Assembly (NCBI GenBank): GCA_965215565.1
Contig: CBDCDZ010000004.1
Span: 3,488,001 to 3,552,000, forward strand
Source: Trueperaceae bacterium
Lineage (GTDB): Bacteria; Deinococcota; Deinococci; Deinococcales; Trueperaceae
Reading direction: 5' to 3'
Length of the DNA stretch: 64,000 nucleotides
In this document: piece by piece, positions 19,177-28,690 of the stretch
Layout: each line of letters opens with the position of its first letter
Numbering within the stretch: the stretch's first letter is position 1
Program-made: the position numbers and the translations under genes
Notes under the pieces: generated by a model
Seen by the model: the letters and a program-made list of their open reading frames with translations, nothing else
Told to the model about the DNA's origin: nothing
The model's database searches: none

Positions 19177-19779
19177 ATGAACCCACGCACAGTCGGCATC
19201 CTCATTTTTGACGAGGTGGAAGTTTTAGATTTTTGCGGACCTTTCGAAGTTTTCTCCGTCTCGCGTCCCGAGGGCGTCAAGGACGACGAGTCGCGCCTCT
19301 TCGAAGTTTTCACCATTGCCGAAGAGGAAAAAACGGTGCGCTGCCGTGGCGGGTTGCTCGTGCAGCCTCACCACACGCTCGAGAACGCACCGCCTCTCGA
19401 TATCGTTATCGTTCCTGGCGGTCAGGGGACGCGGCGCGAGCGGCACAATCAGACACTTCTAGATTGGCTCGAGGCGCAAAACGAGCAGACCGAACTCACG
19501 CTGAGCGTCTGCACGGGCGCGTTTTTGCTCGCCGAAAGAGGTCTTTTAGACGGCAAGAAAGCCACGACGCATTGGGGCAGTGTGGGCTTCATGCGCGAGA
19601 CATATCCAAAGGTGGAGATGTTGGAAGAGGTGCGCTACGTGGACGAAGGGCGCATCGTGACCTCGGCGGGGATTTCGGCAGGCATTGATATGTCGCTCCA
19701 TGTTGTTGAGAAGCTGCATGGGCGAGCGGTGGCGCAGTGGACGGCGCGGCGTATGGAATACGAGTGGAATCGAGCCTGA
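19177..19779 (+). CDS. DJ-1/PfpI family protein
   Basis: EVLDFCGPFEVF, SVCTGA, ATTHW, TSAGISAGID. Confidence 0.92.
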   Translation: MNPRTVGILIFDEVEVLDFCGPFEVFSVSRPEGVKDDESRLFEVFTIAEEEKTVRCRGGLLVQPHHTLENAPPLDIVIVPGGQGTRRERHNQTLLDWLEAQNEQTELTLSVCTGAFLLAERGLLDGKKATTHWGSVGFMRETYPKVEMLEEVRYVDEGRIVTSAGISAGIDMSLHVVEKLHGRAVAQWTARRMEYEWNRA

Positions 19780-20822
19780 ACTACTTCAACCACCGCGTCC
19801 ACAAGGCTAAAACTCGCTGGCAGCGCCGCGAATTTATCGGCAAGTGGCGGCGTATCGTCGCCAAAGACCCGCGCTGGGTCGCGCCACACGGAGCGAGCTT
19901 GCGGCGCGAACTGCGCGATTCGTCTACGCACCTCATCTACGTGGACGCCTTGCCCCGAGACCCAAGCTTCAGGGGCTCAAGCTTGGAGTCCGCCGTCGCC
20001 GCTGCCATCATCCGCCCCAATCCGCTCAAAAGAGATACGGGCTATCTGAGTTTTCTGCACACCATCAACCATAGGGACACGCTCTCAGTGCTGCTCGAGT
20101 CCCTGCCTGAGTACCTCCGCCCGCACGGAATCCGCACCCTCCTCGGACCGGCGCACCTCTTTCCGCATCTGGGAAGTGGCGTGTTGGCGAGCCACTGGCA
20201 CCTCACGCCGCCCCTCCACACGCCTTACAACCCGCCCTACTTTTCTGAACTCTGCCAGAGCCTGATGAAACCTGCCGAAACGTTGCAGCTTTATCACCTC
20301 TCTGCGGACGTTTCTGCGGACCTTCGACCTCTTGGCGGCTCGCCCGCGACGCTCTCGCCTTTGGAACCGGCGCGGTTGGCTCAGGATTTGCTCCCCCTCT
20401 TGCAAGTTGCGTGCGCCGTGAATCCTTCGTTCTCGCCGCCTAGCGCGGAAGAGGCAGTGAGGATGCTGAAGTGGCTTGCAACCTCACCTCTTTACGGTTG
20501 GCTCGCCGAGGTTGAGGGACAGGGTGTGGGGTTTGTCCTCATGCAGGCTGACCTGCCGGGAAGGAGAAGAGGCTTGCGCCTTAGAAGACGAGAGGTCTCG
20601 AGCGGACGCCTTCTCTTTTTAGGCGTATCGCCCGACTTTAGAGGGCGCGGAATCGCGCATCACCTCTTGTCGCAAGCTTTGAACGTTGCTTGTGAGAGGG
20701 GGTGGGAGTCGCTCAGCGTTGGACCCCTGCCGCGCAACACGGGCGAGTTTTTGCACAAGGTTTCACAAGGGTGGGGCGCAGAGCCGGTTCAAAACTACGT
20801 CCTCTACCGCTACGCTTTATAG
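19764..20822 (+). CDS. GNAT-fold hypothetical protein
   Basis: TPYNPPY motif and C-terminal LGVSPDFRGRGIA acetyl-CoA motif; GTG start overlaps the upstream gene. Confidence 0.7.
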   Translation: MESSLNYFNHRVHKAKTRWQRREFIGKWRRIVAKDPRWVAPHGASLRRELRDSSTHLIYVDALPRDPSFRGSSLESAVAAAIIRPNPLKRDTGYLSFLHTINHRDTLSVLLESLPEYLRPHGIRTLLGPAHLFPHLGSGVLASHWHLTPPLHTPYNPPYFSELCQSLMKPAETLQLYHLSADVSADLRPLGGSPATLSPLEPARLAQDLLPLLQVACAVNPSFSPPSAEEAVRMLKWLATSPLYGWLAEVEGQGVGFVLMQADLPGRRRGLRLRRREVSSGRLLFLGVSPDFRGRGIAHHLLSQALNVACERGWESLSVGPLPRNTGEFLHKVSQGWGAEPVQNYVLYRYAL

Positions 20823-20920
20823 TCATCCTCTGCTTGCAACCATCCTCTGTGAGTTCTTGGCAACAGTAAAAGCATTAGTCAATACATTGCTCGGGGCGCG
20901 CACTCGCTAGAGTCAGGAAC

Positions 20921-21038
20921 TAAAGCTCTGAACATGGCGTTGAGACCGAGCTTGTATCACGCAGATATCATCTCCAAACGTGCGTACTCGTCTATGTTTT
21001 TTCCGGTGAGGGCGTCTCTGACCGGATGATACCTGCTG
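20921..21038 (-). repeat. Family A repeat, degenerate copy abutting the fbp RBS
   Basis: GCAGATATCATCT...GTCTCTGACCGGATGATACCTGCT. Confidence 0.8.
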
Positions 21039-21052
21039 TAAAAGGAGGACAG

Positions 21053-22048
21053 ATGGCATCACCTCAAAGTAGGTACGTCACACTCGACCGTTTTTTGGTC
21101 GAGCAGCAGCGTAAGTACCCCGAAGCGTCGGGCAGGTTCACGCGCTTCATGGGGCAGATCGGTACGGTGGCGAAGATCATCTCGAACTACATGAGCCGCG
21201 CCGCCTTGGACGGGCTCTTAGGCACGACGGGCGAGGAGAACGTGCAGGGCGAGCAGGTCAAGCAACTAGACGAACTCGGCAACCGCGTCTTCGTTGAGGC
21301 GTTTGAATACGTGGACATCGTGGGGATGCTCGTCTCAGAGGAGATGAGTGAAGCGCGGAGTTTCCGGGAGCACGACACGTCGGGCGGCTACGCCATCATG
21401 GTGGACCCCGTGGACGGCTCCTCGAACGTGGACACGAACGGCATCATCGGCTCGATCTTTTCAGTCCACGACATCGAAGGGTCACTAGAGGAGTCTTTGA
21501 AGCAGCGCGGCAGCGAGCAGATCGCGGCGGGCTACATCATGTACGGTCCCTCCACGACGCTTGTCTATACCGCTAAAGACGGCGTTCACTCCTTTGTACT
21601 AGACCATCAAATCGGCGAGTTTGTGCTCGTAGACCCCGACATCAAGATGCCCGAGCGGGGCGAAACCTTCAGCGCGAACTTGGGGCGCTACAACTTCTGG
21701 AGTGCGCCCGCGAAAAAGTTTTCTGACCATTTCATGGCGGTGGATAACGGACCCTATTCGCTCAGGTATTCGGGCGCACTGCTCGCGGACTTGCACCGCA
21801 TCTTGTTCGAGGGCGGCGTCTACTACTACCCCGAAGATGAGGAGAAGCCGGACGGCAAGCTGCGCCTCCTCTACGAGTGCGCCCCCTTAGCCCTCATCGC
21901 CGAAGAAGCGGGCGGCGCGGCGACAAGCGGCAAGGAACGCATTTTGGACATCGACCCCGCCGAGATTCACCAGCGCGTCCCCCTCATCATCGGCAGCAAA
22001 CACGAAGTCGAATTGTACCGAGAACTCAGCCAGGCGCAGACCGCCTAG
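21053..22048 (+). CDS. fbp: Class 1 fructose-1,6-bisphosphatase
   Basis: NVQGE.VK.LD, SEE, DPVDGSSN, RYSG, GKLRLLYECAP. Confidence 0.95.
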   Translation: MASPQSRYVTLDRFLVEQQRKYPEASGRFTRFMGQIGTVAKIISNYMSRAALDGLLGTTGEENVQGEQVKQLDELGNRVFVEAFEYVDIVGMLVSEEMSEARSFREHDTSGGYAIMVDPVDGSSNVDTNGIIGSIFSVHDIEGSLEESLKQRGSEQIAAGYIMYGPSTTLVYTAKDGVHSFVLDHQIGEFVLVDPDIKMPERGETFSANLGRYNFWSAPAKKFSDHFMAVDNGPYSLRYSGALLADLHRILFEGGVYYYPEDEEKPDGKLRLLYECAPLALIAEEAGGAATSGKERILDIDPAEIHQRVPLIIGSKHEVELYRELSQAQTA

Positions 22049-22090
22049 ACGGAGCCGTTTTAGGATACATACCGGGAGGCAACTAAAAGT

Positions 22091-23032
22091 ATGAAACAAG
22101 AAGTCAAGAAAATCTTAGACAACTACGCGGGCGAGAATCCCGGCGTGCTCACCAACTTGGCGCGCCTTCTCAACCACGGGACGCTCGGCGGCACGGGCAA
22201 AATGGTCATCTTACCTGTCGATCAAGGCTTCGAGCACGGTCCGACGCGCTCGTTCGCGGACAACCCCGACGGGTATGACCCGGCGTATCACTACCAACTC
22301 GCGGTTGACGCGGGCTGCAACGCTTACGCTGCGCCCTTGGGCTCGCTGGAAGCGGCGGCGGCGGAGTTCGTGGGCGACGTGCCCCTCATCTTGAAGCTCA
22401 ACAACCACGACTCGATGGCTGCGGACGGCGATGACCCTATTCCTTCGGTAACTGCCTCGGTAGAGGACGCCCTGCGGCTCGGCTGCAGCGCCGTAGGCTA
22501 CACCATCTATCCGGGCTCGGCGCACTTCAAGTCGATGTACGAGGAAATTCGCGCCATCGGTCAAGACGCGAAGCGGCACGGCCTGGCGGTGGTCATCTGG
22601 TCTTACCCGCGCGGCTCGTCGCTCTCTAAAGAGGGCGAAACCGCCGTGGACGTGGCGGCGTACGCCGCGCAGATCGCCGCGCAGTTGGGCGCGAACATCA
22701 TTAAGGTAAAGCTGCCGACCGAGCATTTGGAGCTAGACAAGGATAAAGACAAGTTCGAGGAGCAGGGTATCCCTATCAGTTCCGTTGCCGAGCGCGTCCG
22801 CTACGTGATGAGAAGCGCCTTTAACGGACGGCGCATCGTCGTCTTTTCGGGCGGCTCCAAAGCGAGCGAGGAGAGCTTTTTAGAGGATATTCGCGGCATC
22901 TACCAGGGCGGCGGCAACGGCTCGATCATCGGGCGCAACTCGTTTCAGCGTCCCAAGGATGACGCGGTGCGCTTTTTGGGCAACGTGATGGATATCTACC
23001 AGGGCAAAGGGGAAGAGGTTTTCTCGAGCTAG
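22091..23032 (+). CDS. fbaB: Class I fructose-bisphosphate aldolase
   Basis: ILPVDQGFEHGP, WSYPRG, ANIIKVK, GRNSFQR. Confidence 0.93.
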   Translation: MKQEVKKILDNYAGENPGVLTNLARLLNHGTLGGTGKMVILPVDQGFEHGPTRSFADNPDGYDPAYHYQLAVDAGCNAYAAPLGSLEAAAAEFVGDVPLILKLNNHDSMAADGDDPIPSVTASVEDALRLGCSAVGYTIYPGSAHFKSMYEEIRAIGQDAKRHGLAVVIWSYPRGSSLSKEGETAVDVAAYAAQIAAQLGANIIKVKLPTEHLELDKDKDKFEEQGIPISSVAERVRYVMRSAFNGRRIVVFSGGSKASEESFLEDIRGIYQGGGNGSIIGRNSFQRPKDDAVRFLGNVMDIYQGKGEEVFSS

Positions 23033-23062
23033 CCGGCTGAGCCCCTTCTGTCTACCAAACAC

Positions 23063-23089
23063 GTAGGGGGGATTCATGAATCCCCCTAC
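23063..23089. repeat. GTAG-type REP palindrome
   Basis: GTAGGGGGGATTCATGAATCCCCCTAC. Confidence 0.8.
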
Positions 23090-23110
23090 AACATTTGCCT
23101 AGCTCTCTAT

Positions 23111-24196
23111 CTACACGTTGAACAAGAAGTTCATCACGTCGCCGTCTTTCACGACGTAATCTTTCCCTTCCGTGCGCAGCCAGCCTTTGGAGCGCGCCGC
23201 AACGTTGCCGCCCGCCTCCACGAGCTTGTCCCAGTCGATGACCTCCGCGCGGATAAAACCCCGCTCGAAGTCCGTGTGGATTTCGCCCGCCGCTTGCGGG
23301 GCGCGGTTGCCCTCCTTAACCGTCCAGGCGCGGACCTCTTTCTCGCCCGCCGTTAAAAAGGTGATGAGCCCCAAAGCCTTGTAGCCTTTGCGGATGAGGC
23401 GGTTTAAGCCTGGCTCCTCCAAGCCGTAATCGCGCAAAAACTCCATCGCCTCCTCTTCGTCTAACTCGGCGAGTTCGCCTTCAATCTTCGCCGAGATGAC
23501 GACGACCTCCGCGCCCTCTTTGTCCGCGTACTCGCGCACCTCTTCGACTAGGGCGTTGCCCGTCGCCGCGTCCTCTTCGGAGACGTTGCAGACGTAGATG
23601 ACGGGCTTCGCGGTCAAGAGGTTGAAGTCTTTGGGAAGTTCGATGTCGGTTTGCCGCGCCGGAATTCCTTCGGAGAGCCTTTCAATCATCTTCTCGGTTG
23701 CTTCGACGACTAAAGCGTCCTCTTTATTGGAACGGGCGCTGCGGCGGAGTTTCTCGAGCCTCTTTTCCAAACTCGTAATATCCGCCAACGCAAGCTCTGT
23801 GTTGATGATTTCGATATCGCCAATCGGGTCCACTTTCCCGGCGACGTGCACCACGTTCGGGTCTTCGAAGCAGCGCACGACGTGGGCGATGGCGGAGACC
23901 TCGCGGATGTTCGCTAAAAACTGATTGCCTAAACCCTCGCCCTGACTCGCCCCCTTAACCAAACCCGCGATGTCCACGAATTCAACCGTGGTTGGCACGA
24001 CGGGCGGCACGCGCTCGCCCTTGACGTAGACCTGTTTAAGCGCCTCCAAGCGCTCGTCGGGCACGGGGACGACGCCGACGTTTTTGTCGATGGTGGCGAA
24101 GGGGTAATTCGCCGCCTCGACGCCCGCTTTGGTAATCGCGTTAAAGAGGGTGCTCTTGCCGACGTTCGGCAGTCCTACAATTCCTATTCCTAGCAT
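23111..24196 (-). CDS. ychF: Redox-regulated ATPase YchF
   Basis: GLPNVGKST, NYPFATI, DIAGLV.GAS.GEGLGNQFL, GKDYVV.DGD. Confidence 0.97.
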   Translation of the reverse strand: MLGIGIVGLPNVGKSTLFNAITKAGVEAANYPFATIDKNVGVVPVPDERLEALKQVYVKGERVPPVVPTTVEFVDIAGLVKGASQGEGLGNQFLANIREVSAIAHVVRCFEDPNVVHVAGKVDPIGDIEIINTELALADITSLEKRLEKLRRSARSNKEDALVVEATEKMIERLSEGIPARQTDIELPKDFNLLTAKPVIYVCNVSEEDAATGNALVEEVREYADKEGAEVVVISAKIEGELAELDEEEAMEFLRDYGLEEPGLNRLIRKGYKALGLITFLTAGEKEVRAWTVKEGNRAPQAAGEIHTDFERGFIRAEVIDWDKLVEAGGNVAARSKGWLRTEGKDYVVKDGDVMNFLFNV

Positions 24197-24319
24197 CTAT
24201 TTCCTAACTTAACTCGAAAATCTTTGATTCTTTCTGCGCGCCGCTGCCTTCGCATAGATACGGCTCAGAACCTCTTTGAATTTTGTACAGTCAGCTTTCT
24301 CGGTGAGGGAGTGTGCGGC

Positions 24320-24347
24320 GTAGGGGCGATTCATGAATCGCCCCTAC
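24320..24347. repeat. GTAG-type REP palindrome
   Basis: Perfect 28-bp palindrome GTAGGGGCGATTCATGAATCGCCCCTAC. Confidence 0.85.
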
Positions 24348-24465
24348 ATTTGCCTCTTTCTGTGACGTTTTCAGCGTGGTTTACTCATACGAATATATAG
24401 AGGAAACGCACAGTCCTACCCAAAGGAGCAGTATAGCAAGGCGTCATCATGTTATCCTCACCCTC

Positions 24466-25488
24466 ATGACACGAGGCGCAAAGCGTATTGGACTGCTCGG
24501 GGCGGGCACGGTAGGAACGGCGTTGGCGAAACTTTTGCAGGAGCGCATTCATGCGTGTGAAGTCGAGGCGGAGTTGGGCAAGGTGCTCGTGAGGGATACG
24601 GGTAGGGCTCGAGGCACAATCCCCACTGACAAACTCACCACCGACGCGCAAGAGGTTCTCCAGGACGCCGACATCGTCGTTGAACTCATCGGTGGCACGG
24701 ACCTCGCGGGCGACGCCATGCTGCAAGCGCTCAAAGAGGGTAAGCGCGTCGTCACCGCGAACAAAGCGGTACTCGCCGAGAGGTGGGCTGAGTTTAAGCC
24801 CTACTTGGAAGCGGGAACGCTCTATTTCGAGGCGGCGGTGATGGCGGGCACGCCCATCATCGGTCCGTTAACCAATGCGCTACGCGGCTCTAAACCCCTG
24901 GAGATGCACGCCCTTTTGAACGGAACGTGTAACTATATTTTGAGCGAGATGGAAGCGGGCAAGGACTTTAAGACCGCCCTAGACGAAGCGCAGCGGCTCG
25001 GTTACGCCGAAGCCGACCCGACCCTAGACATCGAAGGCTTCGACGCCGCGCACAAGCTCACCCTCTTAGCGCGGCTCACGGTTCTGCCTGACCTTGCTTG
25101 GGATGAGGTCAAGGCGCGCACGATTGGCATCTCGCACCTTACCGACACGCACATCACCGAGGCGATGGAGGACGGCGGGCGCGTGCGCTTAGTCGGCAGC
25201 GTCTACCCGAAAGAGGGCGCGTGGCGCGTGGAGGTGCGTCCGGCTTACTTGGCGGCGTCGCATCCCTTGGCGGGCTCGGCGAGCAACCGCAACGGGCTAC
25301 TTTTCAAAGGCGACGCCATCGGCGACGTGCTCATTACAGGCGCGGGCGCAGGCGCGGAACCTACCGCAAGCGCCGTACTCGCCGATGTACTCTGCGCGGT
25401 GGCGGAGCGTCCAGGTCCGAGGTTGCTCTCTCAGGCGGCAGCTCTACCCGAGAATTATGAAGTTTTAGAGCTAGGTCCGGTAGGCTAG
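24466..25488 (+). CDS. hom: Homoserine dehydrogenase
   Basis: G.GTVG, VVTANK, EAAV..G.P, NGTCNYIL, GYAEADP..D..G.DAAHK. Confidence 0.95.
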   Translation: MTRGAKRIGLLGAGTVGTALAKLLQERIHACEVEAELGKVLVRDTGRARGTIPTDKLTTDAQEVLQDADIVVELIGGTDLAGDAMLQALKEGKRVVTANKAVLAERWAEFKPYLEAGTLYFEAAVMAGTPIIGPLTNALRGSKPLEMHALLNGTCNYILSEMEAGKDFKTALDEAQRLGYAEADPTLDIEGFDAAHKLTLLARLTVLPDLAWDEVKARTIGISHLTDTHITEAMEDGGRVRLVGSVYPKEGAWRVEVRPAYLAASHPLAGSASNRNGLLFKGDAIGDVLITGAGAGAEPTASAVLADVLCAVAERPGPRLLSQAAALPENYEVLELGPVG

Positions 25489-25492
25489 CCTT

Positions 25493-25768
25493 ATGCAGTG
25501 GGACTATCTAGCACTCCGCTTCGGCTTCAAAGGGCTCGGCGTCACCCAGGAGCTGAGTTCACTCGATCACAATGGAGAGCGCCTGGGCGATACCTGGACG
25601 AGTGCGCGCGGGTACGACGCTGCGACGCTCCCCGAGCTTCTCACGCTCGCAGGTGAGGACGGTTGGGAACTCGTCACGCACGCCGTTCAGACCTCACAGT
25701 CGTCGGGTATGCCGGAGCACTACCTGACCTTTAAGCGCCCCAAAGAAGATGCGCCGGTTTTAGGATAA
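25493..25768 (+). CDS. DUF4177-like small protein
   Basis: QWDY, G.DGWELV, FKRP. Confidence 0.7.
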   Translation: MQWDYLALRFGFKGLGVTQELSSLDHNGERLGDTWTSARGYDAATLPELLTLAGEDGWELVTHAVQTSQSSGMPEHYLTFKRPKEDAPVLG

Positions 25769-25772
25769 AAGA

Positions 25773-27083
25773 ATGTCAATTCGCTACTACAGCACGAGAG
25801 ATAAAGAGAAGCACAAGGTTTCCTTCGCAGACGCTTTACTCAAAGGTCTTGCGCCAGACGGTGGGCTCTACATTCCCGACTGCATCCCCCAAGTTCCTAG
25901 TGAAGTGTGGCAGAGCGCAACCTCTTTAAGCGAACTCGGCGGGGCGGTGCTGAAGCGTTGGTTAGGGTCCGAAGTAGATGAAGCGAGCCTCACCGACCTT
26001 GTGGACGACGCACTCAACTTCCCCGTGCCCGTCGTGCCGCTAGGAGACGGGGTGTTCGTGCTCGAGCTGTTCCACGGTCCCACCCTCTCCTTCAAAGACG
26101 TGGGCGCGCGCACAATGGCGCGGCTCATGAGCCGCTTTCTAGCCGAGCGGGGTGAGCGGCGCACAATTCTAGTGGCGACTTCGGGCGATACGGGCAGCGC
26201 GGTGGCGGACGGGTTTGCCGGACAAGACAATATCGACGTAGTGCTCCTCTACCCCAAGGGCAAAGTGAGTGAGGTGCAAGAGCGCCAGCTTATCGCGAAG
26301 CGTGAGGGTGTCCGCGCCTTCGCTGTTGAGGGTGACTTCGACGACTGTCAGCGTTTGGTTAAAGAGGCGTTTGTCTCGCCAGAACTGAGTCACTTACCTC
26401 TTTCGTCGGCGAACTCCATCAACATCGGGCGACTCTTGCCGCAGTCCTTGTACTACTTCTGGGCGAGCGTTCAGGTATCTTTTCAGCTAGATAAGAGCGG
26501 AGTAGCGCCTGTCTTCTGCATTCCGAGTGGGAATCTAGGCAACCTCACAGGTGGGGTTTTGGCGGCTCGAGCCGGTCTCAGCGTCGCCAAATTCATCGCC
26601 GCGCATAATGCCAACGACTTCTTCCCCAACTACCTGCACAAGCTCCGCGAGGCGTACGCCTTTAGCCCGACGGTTGCGACCGTCTCCAACGCGATGGACG
26701 TGGGCGCGCCTAGCAACTTTGAGCGGCTCTACGCGCTCCTTGATGGTGAAATGATGGGGTTGATTTGGGGCTCCTCTGTGACGGATGACGTTACCAAAAC
26801 GCGGATGAAAGAGGTCTATGAGCGCACAGGTTATGTGGCGTGTCCGCATACGGCGGTTGGCTTAGAAGCTGTTTACCGCTACCGCACAGAAACGGGCAAT
26901 ACGTCACCTACTATCGTTTTAGCGACAGCGCATCCTGCAAAGTTTCCTGATGTAGTCTCAGAGGCGTTAGGTATTGCTACGCCAAAGGAAGAGAAGCTAG
27001 AGAAGCTGTGGGATGAGGAGACGCGGGTGGAGGGCCTCGAGCCGAATTCGGAAGCGTTGAGTAAGGCGCTGCTTATAGAATGA
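25773..27083 (+). CDS. thrC: Threonine synthase
   Basis: GLAPDGGLY, ELFHGPT.SFKD, ATSGDTG, NSINIGR, PSGN.GN, TAHPAKF. Confidence 0.96.
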   Translation: MSIRYYSTRDKEKHKVSFADALLKGLAPDGGLYIPDCIPQVPSEVWQSATSLSELGGAVLKRWLGSEVDEASLTDLVDDALNFPVPVVPLGDGVFVLELFHGPTLSFKDVGARTMARLMSRFLAERGERRTILVATSGDTGSAVADGFAGQDNIDVVLLYPKGKVSEVQERQLIAKREGVRAFAVEGDFDDCQRLVKEAFVSPELSHLPLSSANSINIGRLLPQSLYYFWASVQVSFQLDKSGVAPVFCIPSGNLGNLTGGVLAARAGLSVAKFIAAHNANDFFPNYLHKLREAYAFSPTVATVSNAMDVGAPSNFERLYALLDGEMMGLIWGSSVTDDVTKTRMKEVYERTGYVACPHTAVGLEAVYRYRTETGNTSPTIVLATAHPAKFPDVVSEALGIATPKEEKLEKLWDEETRVEGLEPNSEALSKALLIE

Positions 27084-27496
27084 TGTTGGACGATCAGATT
27101 CATGCGGAAGTCGTCAAACTCAGCAAAGAGGGTGACGAATTAGCAGAAGTTGGAAAGTACCTTCAGGCTATCGAAAAGTACGGTGAAGCCCTTGAACTAT
27201 TACCGAAACCGCTCGAGGACTGGGAAGCATCGACATGGCTAGTTGGCACGATTGGTAACGCTTACTTTTTGAACCGGAATTATCCTGAAGCATATTCCAA
27301 GATGCGCGAATGTCTGAAATATCCTAGGGCAGTTGGAAATCCTTTTGTTCACCTTAGATTAGGGCAGGCTTGCTATGAACTCGAGAAGTTCGACTGTGCT
27401 AAAGACAATTTGATGCGTGCCTACATGGGTGCTGACGAAGAAATTTTCAGCCATGACCATCCTAAGTATTGGCAGTACATCAGAGAATTCATCTAA
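27080..27496 (+). CDS. TPR-like protein
   Basis: Helical repeats, NPFVHLRLGQ, RAYMG; overlaps the thrC stop (ATGA). Confidence 0.75.
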   Translation: MMLDDQIHAEVVKLSKEGDELAEVGKYLQAIEKYGEALELLPKPLEDWEASTWLVGTIGNAYFLNRNYPEAYSKMRECLKYPRAVGNPFVHLRLGQACYELEKFDCAKDNLMRAYMGADEEIFSHDHPKYWQYIREFI

Positions 27497-27517
27497 AATG
27501 TTCTGTAGGAGGTATAG

Positions 27518-27724
27518 ATGCCCGTCTGCAAGTTTCGCACCTTTGAAGAGGCTCGAGAAGCGCTCTGGGTTGATGAGGTGGACGACGCCTACATTGACCG
27601 CGTTGAAGCGCTTTGGCAGCGGGCGCATGAACTCGTGGGACGGCGGTATAAACCGGGCGTCTACAAATACAGGTTTATTGAAGAGGCGCAAGCAGACCTG
27701 GAGAACCTCATTATAGAAGAATAA
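27518..27724 (+). CDS. Small hypothetical protein with internal repeat
   Basis: AGGAGG RBS; VCKFRTFEEA and VYKYRFIEEA. Confidence 0.65.
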   Translation: MPVCKFRTFEEAREALWVDEVDDAYIDRVEALWQRAHELVGRRYKPGVYKYRFIEEAQADLENLIIEE

Positions 27725-27725
27725 A

Positions 27726-28568
27726 TTAGCGCCGCACCGCGTACGGTCCCGCCTCATCCTCCCCAAGATGCACGACGCGCATCTCCGCCATCAGCTTCTT
27801 GAGGTGCGCTAGCACGCTCCCCTCCACGAGTTTCGTCATGCGCTCGGGCACTTGCGGATAGATGCGAGTGCGCAGTTCATCCAAGCTGAGCTGTTCGCTT
27901 CCGAGCGTGTCTAAAACTTGTTGCTCCCGCTCCAAGCGGTGCGCTTTAGACTCGTCTAACCTCTTGCGCGGATTCGCGATGACTTCGCCGTGTCCGGGTC
28001 CGATGAGGTCTGCGTCAAGGTCTCGCAACCTCTCTAACGTCGCTAGATAGTCCGCCACATCGCCTTCAGGTAAGCCTACCCACGTCGAGCCTCGGTTTGC
28101 GACAACATCCCCCGCCAAAATCGTGCGCGTATCGGGCAAGTGAAAACTCAGATGACCGGGGCTGTGACCGGGCGTGTGCAGGGCGCGGACCTCTTTGTCG
28201 CCGACGGTCAAGACGCGCTCGTCCTGTAAGGAGATGACCTCTCCTGTTGGCTCGTACTTTTCTTCAAAACGGGGACGCTCTAATGGATGCACGTATATAG
28301 GCACATCGAAGTGGTCTTGCAACTTCTTCGCGCCCGCGCAGTGGTCGGGGTGCGTGTGGGTGAGGAGGAGGGCTTTGAAGAGGTTGACTTTCTCTTGGAG
28401 TGTTTTCTCGAGCACCCCCAAAGCCTCACCCTCTTCGCTCCCCATATCAACCAAGACGCCGACGCCGCGACTCTCGATGAGATAGCTGTTCGTGTGGTCA
28501 AAAGGGGGCAGCGTGTCGCTGGGGAGGGGGAGGCGGTGGACGCCGTCGGCAACGGTTTCAGAGGTCAT
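27726..28568 (-). CDS. MBL-fold metallo-hydrolase with C-terminal winged helix (LACTB2-like)
   Basis: THTHPDH, TPGHSPGH, AGD, PGHG. Confidence 0.9.
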   Translation of the reverse strand: MTSETVADGVHRLPLPSDTLPPFDHTNSYLIESRGVGVLVDMGSEEGEALGVLEKTLQEKVNLFKALLLTHTHPDHCAGAKKLQDHFDVPIYVHPLERPRFEEKYEPTGEVISLQDERVLTVGDKEVRALHTPGHSPGHLSFHLPDTRTILAGDVVANRGSTWVGLPEGDVADYLATLERLRDLDADLIGPGHGEVIANPRKRLDESKAHRLEREQQVLDTLGSEQLSLDELRTRIYPQVPERMTKLVEGSVLAHLKKLMAEMRVVHLGEDEAGPYAVRR

Positions 28569-28573
28569 GAAAA

Positions 28574-28690
28574 TAGCAATGAGTTAAAAGCAATCCAGTC
28601 GAGCTGGTGTACGTAAGTCCTCACGTAGTGGACGAACGGTGAGCAATGAGTTGAAAATAAAAAGCCTTTGGTTTTTACTCATTAGCTCAC
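28574..28690. repeat. Family D hairpin repeat
   Basis: AGCAATGAGTT twice, then GAGCAATGAGTTGAAA...TTTTTACTCATTAGCTC. Confidence 0.7.
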
